NCBI RefSeq assembly: GCF_964204645.1
Contig: NC_134027.1
Span: forward strand, 14,974,485-15,038,484
Source of the DNA: Tubulanus polymorphus
Taxonomy: Eukaryota > Animalia > Nemertea
Direction of reading: 5' to 3'
DNA length: 64,000 nt
The notes below the pieces were generated by a model. It was not told the origin of the DNA. It saw nothing but the letters and a program-made list of their open reading frames with translations, and did not search any database. The translations under genes were made by a program, and so were the position numbers. Shown here one piece after another: positions 21,681 through 32,917 of the stretch; position 1 is the first letter of the stretch; each line of letters opens with the position of its first letter.

Positions 21681-24529
21681 ATGGGTGGTAAAAAAACTCC
21701 TAATACTAAAGAACAATATTTAAGAAATTTATATTACAACCCCAAGTTCGGTTGCTTATTCTTCTACCAAAAATATATGGCGTCAAGTAAAACAAGATAA
21801 ATTAGATAAGATAATCCCACAAAATTTAGTTAAATATAAAGATATAAATGAATTTATGTTAGAACAACCAACATACACAACACATAAAAAAATTGTTAGA
21901 AAATATAAAACTCGTAAAACTATGGTAAGTTATGTAGATCAACAGTGGCAAGGAGATTTAATTGATATGAAAAATGTTAAGAAAGATAATGATGATTATT
22001 GGTGGTTATTGAATATAATTGATATTTTTAGTCGTTATGTATGGAGTTTCCCACTTTATAGAAAAGATGCTGTACAAACATCAAATGTTTTAAGAAAATT
22101 TCTTTCAGATGATAAACTAAAACCAGAAAAAATACAATTTGATGATGGAAAAGAGTTTGATAATTCACTTGTTCATGAACTCTTAGATAATCATAATATT
22201 AAATATTTTTCAACAAAATCGGATAAAAAAGCAGCAGTTGTTGAACGATTTAATAGAACATTAAGAACAAGAATGTGGAAATATTTTACAGCAAATAATA
22301 CTTTTAAATGGATTGATGTTTTACCAAAATTGATAGAAGGATATAATAATTCTTATCATTCTTCTATTGGAATGAAACCTATTGATGCTAGAAAACCTGA
22401 AAATGCTGAAATTGTTTGGAATAATTTATATGGAGCATTTCTTGTAGATGATTTTGGTGAACCTAAATTTAAAGTTGGTCAAAATGTTAGAATTTCTAAG
22501 TATAAAAAGATATTTGACAAAGGATACGATCGAAATTTTACTAGGGAAATATATAAATAAAAAAGGTAATAACAATAAATTGCCCATGGGCAAAGTGTGG
22601 TTTACCTTGAAAGCTAGATGTTGTTTGGAATAAGGGCATTGCTTGAAAAATCTTTTCAATTCCTGACCTCAAAGTTCCACAGTTTATATCGAATTTTATC
22701 TTTCTTAAAGAATTATTTTGTAGTCAAATAAGACCAAAGATATACATTTGTTTACGGTCACAAAATTTTGTAGGGTACAGGTAGGCGCGGCAGGGAAACT
22801 ATTTTATATTTTCAAAAAAATATGTTTCAAAATATGAAAAAATATTCAAATAAGTCCATCCCAAAATAATTGTCTGTTTGCCGTAACACCGACTCAACTT
22901 TTCAGGATGAGTCGGTAGGTAGGTAGAACTTTTTTTTTGCAAAATTTTTGGGAAAAAAAAACAAATTTTTTATCTTTGGGCTTTTTTAAATGGAAACAAT
23001 ATTGCAAAAGAATCATCTACGTTGTGCACGGGAAATTTGTCTAATAGCGTAGATTTAAAGAATTATTCTAAAATTATAACTTTGTCCAGAGCATCATCTC
23101 CGTCTTAAAAATGAAACAGTACATTGAATATGTGCGCGGTTTTACGTTACCAGCTTTGATATAGTCACTATGAGAATGAATGCCAGCTTATTGGAACACT
23201 GCCAGTTTCCTGGAAAACTTAAACTAAGCCACATGTCAAGGCATGTTTTCACACGATGCACACTTGAATTCAAACATACGTAGCTCGTCGGCAGTGGGTC
23301 GGCCGTTTTTATCAAAAATAAAATTTATTTCAATGAATCTCAGAAAAAAGTTTTCACTTGGTACCTTTGAAGTCGGTCAGTCGGGTTACGGCAAACAGAC
23401 AATTATTTTGGGATGGTCTAAAATTCATATGATGTCACATATCAGAGGGTGGCTGAATATTGGGTCTTGGAAACCTTTCCCAATGTTGGCCACGGAAGCT
23501 AAAATACTGGTCAGAAGAAATCGGCTATTAGATCGTTTTAAATCCTGGAATTTACCACTACAATATTCAGACCTCGACAGACCTTATAGTTTGCTGCTTA
23601 GTATTTTCAGGTCATAAGAAATTACAATTTATTACAAATTCTATCGAACAGAAAACACAGCGCTCATCTTCTGCTACGATTATTCAGCCTATTTTCATGT
23701 CAAACGTGCACACGTTACAGCATCACCCTTAGTAGTGTACTGTACGAGCTTAAGTGTGTGTGTGTGGTGTAGCACTCCGTGCGCATGTGGAGGCCTCGTG
23801 TAAGTGAATATTCGCTTTCACCTCAATTTCAATCAAAACAATCACCGGGTATTAAAATGAAACAATACCTATGGCGGATGTGTGAAATAATTACATCCTC
23901 ACCAGCAATGAGCATTTGAAATTCGCACGTATTCGGCACCTAGTCCAATGAAACGTACACCATTCTATGGCTTTCCCATGATTATTTTAGTAGCGCCGGA
24001 ATTCCACGTATATCCCAAAAACAGCCAATCACATTCGCTCGTAGAGACGACGCCCCCCAATCGAGGTCATTGCAATTTTATACACGAGAGCTAAGAATTT
24101 TCCCGCCAAAAACAGTTTTTCGTAGAATTTTAACTCAGTTGACCATGTCATCGACGGACGTTCGCCATGTCTTCAATCGCATCGTTTATACGTCGTTTAA
24201 GCCGAGGACCAATGAAACAAATGCTCACATAAAAAAACGTACCGCAATTTTACATGAATTGGCTCAATGCCAACATCATATCGCTGACAAAGGTAAACCA
24301 ACAAAACCATATGTCTATAAATTAGAAGATTTAGATGGTGAAGAAGTTGATGGCTACTTTTACGAAGAAGAATTAAGTTTAACTGCTAAAACTCTAGAAC
24401 AAGAATATAAAATTGAAAAAGTATTAAAAACAAAAACTATAAGAAAAAAAATATTCTTTAGTAAAATGGGTTGGATGGCCAGATAAATTTAATGAATGGA
24501 TATTATCAAGTAAAATTAAAAATATATAA
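21681..24529 (+). pseudogene. Retroviral-like (rve, DDE) integrase with C-terminal chromodomain, split by a 1726-bp insertion
   Basis: WQGDLIDM, IDIFSRY, QFDDGKEF, VERFNRTLR. Resumes at 24301 as TKPYVYKLEDLDGEEVDGYFYEEEL...YKIEKVL...VKWVGWPDKFNEWI (chromodomain). Confidence 0.92.
22575..24300 (-). mobile_element. Family-H Helentron-like non-autonomous element inserted into the Polinton integrase
   Basis: Removing it restores aag gta ata aca|aca aaa cca (KVIT|TKP). A|A (TT) target, no TSD, subterminal inverted repeats plus terminal palindrome; second copy at 2099-5696. Confidence 0.85.
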
Positions 24530-25138
24530 ATGAATAAGGAATTATTTATATTTGAGCCTCATAATATGTTAATTTCTGGCGTAACAAATTGTGGAAAAAC
24601 TTATTTTATATTAAATTTATTAGAAACTGTTTATGAAAACTATTTTGATAATATAGTATTATTTTGTCCAACATATGAATTTAATCAAACTTATGATAGA
24701 TATATTACTAGAAATAATAAATTTATTATATTAGATCCTAAAACAGTAAAAGAAAATTTAGATAATTGTATAAAAATAGCAATTGATATTTATAAAGGAT
24801 CAAATACATTATTTATCATAGATGATTGCGCAAATTTACATGATTCAAAAGTTAGAGAAAGTGAGTTATGCTATTTAGCTTTTTCTGGCAGACATTTTGG
24901 GATAACAACTTGGGTTTTAAATCAAAAATATAATTCAATTGTTAAAGACTTTAGAGAAAACATTAGATTTCTAGTTTTATTCTACAATAAAGATAGAAAA
25001 TCGATGAAAAATGCACTTGAGGAAAATGATATTATTCCACATGATTCACATAATGAATATATGGATAAGTTGAAAGATATTAAAAAATCAAAATTACTAT
25101 TTAGATTACAACACCCATTTAAATATGAATTTATTTAA
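24530..25138 (+). CDS. A32/FtsK-HerA-like DNA packaging ATPase
   Basis: Walker A GVTNCGKT, Walker B FIIDD, GRH and NQ motifs; intact 202-aa ORF. Confidence 0.92.
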   Translation: MNKELFIFEPHNMLISGVTNCGKTYFILNLLETVYENYFDNIVLFCPTYEFNQTYDRYITRNNKFIILDPKTVKENLDNCIKIAIDIYKGSNTLFIIDDCANLHDSKVRESELCYLAFSGRHFGITTWVLNQKYNSIVKDFRENIRFLVLFYNKDRKSMKNALEENDIIPHDSHNEYMDKLKDIKKSKLLFRLQHPFKYEFI

Positions 25139-25412
25139 ATTCAACTAGCTTGTTAATCTAGTTGAATTCTAGTTACATTCTAGTTGAATTCTAGTTATTG
25201 GTAGTTGTAACAAAAATCAACTAGATTAAACAATATTTTAACTAGCTTGTTAATCTAGTTTAATTCTAGTTACATTCTAGTTGAATTCTAGTTGTTAGTA
25301 GTTGAAACAAAAATCAACTAGATTTAACAAGAAATAAACAAAAACAACAATATTTCAACTAGCTTGTTAATCTAGTTGAATTCTAGTTACATTCTAGTTG
25401 AATTCTAGTTGC
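25139..25412. repeat. Intergenic tandem/palindromic repeat block (three ~100-bp units rich in CTAG and GAATTC)
   Basis: caactagcttgttaatctagttgaattctagttacattctagttgaattctagtt occurs near 25142, 25239 and 25355. Confidence 0.85.
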
Positions 25413-25442
25413 AACATCACAACTAATTTTTTTGTTATATAA

Positions 25443-26048
25443 ATGGTAGGTGAAAAGAAAATAAAATCTAAAAATGGTGATGTTCCAATTGAAAAAACTT
25501 TAGATGATTTAGGAATAACAGAAAACAAATTAATTCCAGATGATGGTGCTTTAAATAATGTTACAACAAATAATAATTATGAATATTATCTTTACTGTAA
25601 ACATCAATTAGAAATATTAATAGCATCTGGAAAATGTAAAAATTTTGTCGGTAAAAATTTAACTTATAATGAATTAGATACAATGAAATCAGATGAAATT
25701 ATTAGATTATTTAAGATTTATGAAGCCGCGAGAACAGCTAGAATTAAAGACGCGATATCAGAAAATGTAGTAAAAGGTTATAGTAAATTATGTAATTATA
25801 TACTACCAATTGAAGATGAAAATAGATTATATTCCGATTTAAAAAATGATTATTTAGTTATGACTGAATTAAATAAATGGATTGGATATTTATCATTTCA
25901 ATTAGGTGGATTTATGACATTATTATCAACTGGGGTTATAACATTTTCAAATATTGAAAGTAAAAATTTTTCTATAATAAATGAGCGAGGTGGAAGAAGT
26001 GAAGGAATTAACTGTGAAGAAAAAACCGAGATCACAGAAACAAATTGA
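25443..26048 (+). CDS. Polinton hypothetical protein (201 aa)
   Basis: Intact ORF; shared start motif; C-terminal hydrophobic segment. Confidence 0.7.
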   Translation: MVGEKKIKSKNGDVPIEKTLDDLGITENKLIPDDGALNNVTTNNNYEYYLYCKHQLEILIASGKCKNFVGKNLTYNELDTMKSDEIIRLFKIYEAARTARIKDAISENVVKGYSKLCNYILPIEDENRLYSDLKNDYLVMTELNKWIGYLSFQLGGFMTLLSTGVITFSNIESKNFSIINERGGRSEGINCEEKTEITETN

Positions 26049-26391
26049 ATGGTCTCGGAAATTAGGAATTAAATCACAAGAATATAAAAAAGCTGTAAAA
26101 GAAAATGTTAATATAAGTAATAAAAATGTTAATAAAAATGGTGAAAATATTGTTATTTCTAATCCTTCTAATGATAGAATATTTGATAAATGTCTATATT
26201 TTACAGTTGGATTTGTAATTGTATTCATTTTGATTGGGTGTAATTGGTATAAGAAATCAAATAAAATTCATGGTATTAATAATTCTGAAACAAATGCTAT
26301 CAAAAATGAAAATACTTCTGATATTCCAAAATTGACAATAAAAAAATGGATGAATATTTTAAAAAAGCAAAAAAATTATTTTTTTAATTAA
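25981..26391 (+). CDS. Polinton hypothetical protein with a basic N-terminus and one TM helix
   Basis: KKKPRSQKQIEWSRKLG; TM LYFTVGFVIVFILIG; ATAAATG start. Confidence 0.65.
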   Translation: MSEVEEVKELTVKKKPRSQKQIEWSRKLGIKSQEYKKAVKENVNISNKNVNKNGENIVISNPSNDRIFDKCLYFTVGFVIVFILIGCNWYKKSNKIHGINNSETNAIKNENTSDIPKLTIKKWMNILKKQKNYFFN

Positions 26392-26494
26392 TTGAATTCC
26401 CACTACTTTTGTCTATCTATGCGGAGCAATTAAATTGTCCAGATAAGTCATTTCGGATTCTTGATATTCATTTTTTTATTATTTTATTAATTAT

Positions 26495-26818
26495 TTAGTC
26501 AACAACTTCTAAATCATGATGCCCATCTTCATTTTTTCCATGATAGATTATTTTAAATCCTTCTAAACCTTTTAATTCATCTGTACTCAATGAAACCCAT
26601 TTATCAGGTAAAAATACTTTAAATTCTCGCGATGTACTAACATTGCAGTAGCTTAAATTAGCTGATACTTTCTCTCTATATTTAGTTTTTATCTTTTCTA
26701 ATTTCAATATTTTATGTTCAATTTCTTTTGTAACATCAACTAACTTTATTTCAAATTGTTTTTTTGCTGGTTTTATTCTGTTATTTATTGTTGCTAAGAA
26801 TGCTTTTCTATCTCCCAT
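26495..26818 (-). CDS. Polinton hypothetical protein (107 aa) reading inward from the right end
   Basis: Intact ORF preceded by catcaccacaagtaatttgttttccttataaATG. Confidence 0.7.
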   Translation of the reverse strand: MGDRKAFLATINNRIKPAKKQFEIKLVDVTKEIEHKILKLEKIKTKYREKVSANLSYCNVSTSREFKVFLPDKWVSLSTDELKGLEGFKIIYHGKNEDGHHDLEVVD

Positions 26819-27127
26819 TTATAAGGAAAACAAATTACTTGTGGTGATGGGTGGGGATTACTTCCCCCTGTATATAACAAACACGCTAATAACCGTTCTC
26901 ACCCAAGCCTCACAGCATCTATTTATCTGGGCACAGTTTACACGCAATCACTGTACTACAGTAATAGCACACGCGTTAATAACCGTTCTCAGTAGAGACT
27001 CACTGTATCGATCTATCCACGCGCAGCTGTTGTTACGCACACTCACTGTATATGTGTACCACAGAGCAATCGTCCGTTCTCACTAGAGCCTAGCTGTGAT
27101 GAGTGGTGTCTCATACTCAATTGAATT

Positions 27128-27185
27128 ATTACTTGTGGTGATGAGTGGTGTCTCGTCCTCTCGTCCTCTGGTATGAAAGCCCACT
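27128..27185 (-). repeat. Right terminal inverted repeat of the Polinton
   Basis: Exact reverse complement of 8826-8883. Confidence 0.95.
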
Positions 27186-27453
27186 TAATGGTTCAGAATC
27201 CATTTTTCAAACTTACCTTAATGCATTGCAATCTATTCTTTTCATGTTGAGCTAATTAGATACACATTACTTCAATTTCTTAAAACATCCTACGAGTTGG
27301 GACTCACAAACTCATCACTAAAACGCTCACAATAATCTACAATAGATAATCAATATAGTGATTGTGAAATAGCACTCATATTCAATGTTCACATTTTTAC
27401 GAAGTAAGTAAGTAGGTGAAATTACCTTGTTGATGTCATTATTTTCACTGGAT

Positions 27454-28504
27454 CAACTGCTTCATCTAGCATTAAAAAAGGGCAGGGTGCTGATTTCAAA
27501 TAAGGGCATTTTTGTGCGTACTTCCATCGGACCAAGGGCACATAATAACGCGGTCACGTCTGTTTTAGGGGCAAACTGCAATGTTCCCTATTGCATAGAA
27601 TCGAGGTACCCCCTACTACAATTGAGGACTAGAAACTATGTTTAACTCTGATTTTGCCATGAGTGACACACTTAACCACAGTACATCCTTACACCTATGC
27701 CTGTCAATGAAGAAAAGTTAATCTATAAAGGGCTTTCAAAATGATTTGGAAAATCAGTTGCAGACAAAAAAATTGCAGAAAAAAGCAATCTCAAGTAGTA
27801 AATACAGCGACAAAGAGCCAGCAATAGTGTATAGGCCTACATGAAATTGCATATTTTTAATCTTAGAAATATCAAATTAATTGGTTTAAATTGATAGTGT
27901 TAGTGATTGGCAAGTAACTGTTGATAATTGGTACGCAGCCAGCTTAAGAACACATTATTGCTATTAGGCTACTCAAACTAATTGTCTGTGCGAGTCTCTC
28001 TGTCAGTTCACCGAACAAAGTTTTTCACCTTGTATATATAAAATTTGTCTAATAGTCTAGATAAAAAGATCCAGAGCATCACGATGTGTTCAAAACGAAA
28101 CAATCCAGCTTTACAACGGCAGTCGCTAGAATGATTGGCAGTAGTTTGGAAGTCAGCCAATATCCTGGAAACTTAAACTAGGCCACGCGTCTGAGGCACG
28201 TTTTCACACGATGCACACTGACTGCAGTACATTTGAATATAACAACTGATCACATGAGCTACTATCGTTGATATCATACGAGATATTTCATAGCCGTCGC
28301 AGGAAACTTACTAACAGTCGGATGCGTCGGCTTATTTTGAAAGCCCTGACTCATTACTCGTGACTGACAAGGGCAGGATGGCGGACCTACGGCAAGTGAT
28401 GAGGGCACAAGGGCGAGCATGGGACACATCTAAAGGGCACAAGGGCGGCTATTTTCGGGGGCGGGGCGGACCGCCCTTCTATTTTTTGGCTAGATGAAGC
28501 ACTG
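27454..28504. mobile_element. Probable non-autonomous TIR DNA transposon
   Basis: tgcttcatctagc near 27458 and gctagatgaagca near 28489, with subterminal aagggca repeats; no clear TSD. Confidence 0.55.
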
Positions 28505-30255
28505 CATTAAGAACAATCAATCAATCGCCTCGAGTGAACCAACAAGTAGCCTCTGCTGCATGGTTCAGTATGTCAGTAGTGGTATAGTAGTATTGTATGT
28601 ATTGTTGTTTCCATCCAGTCCAAATTGCTGATTGACGACCAGTAGGTTTTGACGGCGCTGTCACGCAGCCATCCTGAATTGAATACCGATATTTTCGGTA
28701 CCACACGCTAAACAAGTGCCTGCAGAAGCGTTACCTGGCAGTTTTAATGGAATTTCTTTCTTCATTGACATAAAAAATGACTTTAAAGAGGTCCATGGAA
28801 CGTAAATCGAGACACTGTGTAGGCGGCCATGTTACATTGTTCACGTGACGAAATAGTGAAATCTGATTGGATCCGTAAATTCCGCGGAAGATGGCGGACG
28901 GGCAAAACCTGTCCCTCCCATATTGAATGGGACAGGCAACCAGTCTATGACGGATCCGGACTAATTGTAAGTCTGAATTTGCGATTTACTGTTGAGTTTG
29001 ACGACCGAGGTCGTCCGGTAATTTGTAGGCTTTTTGGGATGTACTTTTGTCAATGGATGACAATGCTTCGCGTTATTCTTGTCGCTGTTTAGACCAGGTA
29101 ATTATGCGGGATCAATTCATAATAGATTACTACACGCAAATTCGAAATTGTCAGGCGCTGAGTTATATTTCTGACAGAATTTAAAATTACGTTTATAAGC
29201 TGTTGGTAGTCGAATCTGAGAGGAGTTACATTTTATGAACAATTTTTGGCTGGAAAGTGGACAATTTATAATAATAATAATAATCAACAGAAATACAAGA
29301 GGGTTTCTGCGAAAGCCGCAGAAACCCTAATAAGGACGGAAAATATCAAGAAGCAAACATCACTGCATGATGATTCATCATGAATAAGGTAGTGGGTTTT
29401 CCCCACTGACTCTCCACGTTCATAGTATGACGCTGATTTCATTTGTATCATACACTGTGTGCGAAGTTTGTCGGTAAGCCGATATATTTTCGTAAATTGA
29501 ACAATTTTCCAAGATTCTAAGATTTACTTCCCGCTTTCCCAATTTCACTGCCTTTCTATAAAATTCACTCCTTTTCACGGCCGCAGTTTCCAAGATAGAC
29601 TGGTTGCCTGTCCCACCCAATATGGGATGAGACCGGTAACCAGTCTATTTCCAAGAAAACTAGGTCACACACGAGGCGCGCTTTTCATATACATACACAG
29701 ATCAATGCACTACATAGCAGCGAGTCTATATGACCATGACGCGCACGTGCATGAATATACGTAAAAAGGCATGTGTTCTCCCGAAACGAAATGTAGTTCC
29801 AACAACAAATAAAAAACTAAATTAATCATTAAACAACGCATTCCGATGAAATTCAATAGGGTTAGAGATTTTATATTAGCATTGGATGTTTTGAAAATTC
29901 CGAAGAGAAACGAAGCCTCGTTTGGAAGTTATTTTGTACCAAAGGAAGAAAGTTTCATATGTGAGAGCAAAAATGGACTTCGCTAAAGCTAAGTCCATAA
30001 AAATCCGATGCTATCAGTAAATCAGCTGTGTGGCGGACACGGAAGTAAATTTCCACTTTTTGAAACCACATTTTCGTCGGATATCTTGAAGCAACGTTAC
30101 TTTACGCATGGGATATCAAAACTAGATGAATCATTGAACATATCGCACTCAGATCGTTATATCATATGCCTTGAGTATCAGTATTCTTGCTAGAAATGAT
30201 ATCAACCTATTCAATCGTGCCGCCATTTTGTTTGTGAAATAATGCGCACCAGCTG

Positions 30256-31177
30256 ATCCACCTGGTTCAATGTTATGACTGTTGTACCAATAATTGAAAA
30301 ATGTGTCGTGGATATACGTGTTTGGATGAGAGATCATCTCTTATTTCTAAATGATTCAAAAACTGAAGTTATTTTATTCTCATCCAAATTCAGAAAAGTG
30401 AATAATGTTTTTAATGGATTATGTGTAGGTGATTCCACAATATTTCTCTCTTCAACAGTACGCAACCTTGGATGTTATTTTGATAGCTTCATGACAATGG
30501 ATAATCATATTAAACATATCTGTAAAGTGGCATCATTTCCATTATACAGAATTAGTAAAATTCGATCATAACTCGATACAGCCACTACTGAAAAGCTGGT
30601 TCATTGTTTTATCACGTCAAGACTAGATTACTGTAACAGTTTATTACTTGGAATTACAGATTATCAAATGTCAAAACTTCAAACCATCCAAAATTCAGCA
30701 GCTAGGTTAATTACTCAAGGTTCTAAATATGACCATATCATCCCTGTTTCATTTAGCTTACATTGGTAACCTGCTTGTAAACGTATACAATTCAAAGTTT
30801 TACTCTTGGTTTTTAAATGTATTCATGGTCTAGCACCTCCTTACCTTAGCAATTTAGTGTCTCTGTATAAACTGAGTCATTAAGGTCAGCTTATATGTTT
30901 AAACTGTCTCATGTGTCATGCAATACAATTTTTTACGGAAATCGAGCTTTTGCTTGCGCTGCCCCTGTTTTATGGAATAATCTACCTTTAACCTTATGTA
31001 CTAGTGATGATATTAATTATTTTAAAACCAATCTTAAAACATTTCTTTTTACTCAGTATTATGATAACTAATGTTTTATTAAAACTATATTATTATCTTA
31101 ATGTATTCATTATTGTAAACCGCCTTGAAATGCAGTGTAAAGCGGTATATAAATAAAATTATTATTTATTTATTATC
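30256..31177 (+). mobile_element. 5'-truncated, decayed LINE (CR1/L2-group RT C-terminus)
   Basis: [44 protein letters not shown]; ends in aataaa plus a (tta)n-like tail. Confidence 0.8.
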
Positions 31178-32319
31178 ATGACGTCATGATGGAAGTCAAA
31201 ACCGGGTCAACACAAATTTTATATAACCAAGATTTTGTGGGGTTTCGTCTTTGAAAGCCTGTAACTACCGAACAAAGCGTCAGATTTTGGCGATATAAAG
31301 TTCTTCCGACTCTAATAGCATTGAATTTTCACATGTGTGATTTTGGACGGTTAAAGATGCTGCATAAAAAAAACGTGCTCGAATAAGTCAAATTTTTGAA
31401 ACTTTATGGTTAATTTCTCAAAAGATATAAAACCCATGGCTTTCAACTTATCAAACCATAAAGAAAAAACAATTACGAAATATATTTTTGCTTAATCCAT
31501 TAATTTCGCCCAGTAGTAGTGAAATTACAGGCTACTGAAATTGCGTTTGAGTGTGCTAAAAATAGCTTTGAGCGTAGTGTATTAAGCATACAAACGATTA
31601 TCCATCGGCCAGACCGTTGACATAGGCTCGCTAACATGAGCCATGAAAGTGCACTTGGTGAGATCGAAACGTCATGTATTCTATATATTTTAGAATGTTC
31701 GAATAAATAAATCTTGTTTTTAAATTCTTTTAATCTGTAGATAGTGGGTTTTTATCTTATTATCCGTTCACCACGTTTGAGTGTGGTTATCGTTCTCAAA
31801 GAGATTTATATCCATGATTTGGGAATCATTTTATTAGCAGATATTGGTAGAGATCTGCAAATAATCAAAGTTAAACTTAGGGGCCCTGACCTATTTCTTT
31901 TTACAGAACTTCATTCACATTACTCTGTATATTAAAACATCAAATAATAACTTGCTGCTCAAGGTTAAGCCAATAAGTCAAAGTAATTGTAAGAATATGC
32001 AAGAAGCTAAGGTTTAAAAGGATTTAAGTTACAAGCCTTTTAAAATATCGACGCATTCTTGAGACTCAATCAAAATTCAAGACCCAATAATTAACTGATT
32101 AAGACAGCATTTCGTACCAAAACTTGTATCCAGTGTCACTTTTTCTATTTCAGGTTATGTGAAAGGGCAATTCCAAAATTCGGTAAGAGCAGCATTCACG
32201 GAGGAAGAAGCTTAACAATGTGAAAAGTTGCATTACTATTAGAATTGATAATGGAGACAACATAAATGAAATTGGGCATTCAAGTTTTTTTTAGGTTTTC
32301 AGGATTTTTTAAGTGCAGA

Positions 32320-32545
32320 GAAAGTTTGGAAAGTACACTCATTGAGTTCATTTCACTAAAAGTGCACTTTAAGTGTTCTTTAAAAGCAGTGCACTTTGTT
32401 CCAATTCAGTGCAGTTTGAGTGTACTTTTTGGGTGCACTTTAGAATAGACTCAAAGTGCACTTTATGGGAAAGTGCACTTTGCTTCAATTCAGTGCACTT
32501 TTGAGTGCACTTTAAAATGCACATTTAAAAAAGTGCACTTTATTT
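32320..32545. repeat. Cluster of short palindromic aagtgcactt repeats
   Basis: Many gtgcac / aaagtgcacttt copies in about 220 bp. Confidence 0.7.
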
Positions 32546-32750
32546 TCATAAGGGGGAGCTACTAAGTAAAAGTAGGCGTTTGAACTCAAAATTGGGATAG
32601 ACATGTATATCGTAGCGGTAAAAAACATGCCAGGGTCACTAAAGTCATGTACAAATCTTGACATACTTAGTGTGAAAAGAATATGGAAAGGTCAAGAGAG
32701 AGACTAACTATACAATTAAACAGCAATAACCCTCATTGCTGAATATATAC

Positions 32751-32917
32751 CTCTGCAGATGTTGAATTAGATTGGTGATCGAAACTTCTTCTTCAATTAT
32801 ATCATATTTTCCATTTCCTTGCATAAGGACTGACTCTAGAATATCTAGTGCGGCCTGAAGAGCTGTAAAATCTGTTGTAGCAACACGACCATGTCTATCT
32901 TTGATGGCATTACACAG
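32751..32917 (-). CDS. ELMO: ELMO/CED-12 exon (167 nt)
   Basis: AG|...|GT. LCNAIKDRHGRVATTDFTALQAALDILESVLMQGNGKYDIIEEEVSITNLIQHLQ matches the ELMO ARM region; phase agrees with the previous exon. Confidence 0.85.

Larger units (their letters stand above)
8826..27185 (+). mobile_element. Polinton/Maverick (adintovirus-like) endogenous virus, ~18.4 kb, partly decayed
   Basis: 58-bp perfect TIRs with AG...CT ends. Gene-dense, intronless and very AT-rich. pPolB, integrase, ATPase and both capsid genes are recognisable. Confidence 0.96.

Noticed and set aside
24070-24486. 138-aa ORF that looks like a novel gene
   Set aside because: Chance in-frame fusion of the non-coding end of the inserted element (same text as ORF 5466) with the integrase C-terminus; it starts at a non-ATG codon.
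25139-25412. CRISPR-like array
   Set aside because: No unique spacers, no cas genes, eukaryotic context.
27217-27336. Possible minus-strand exon (AG...GTAAGT) next to the right TIR
   Set aside because: Stops in all three frames and no ELMO similarity.
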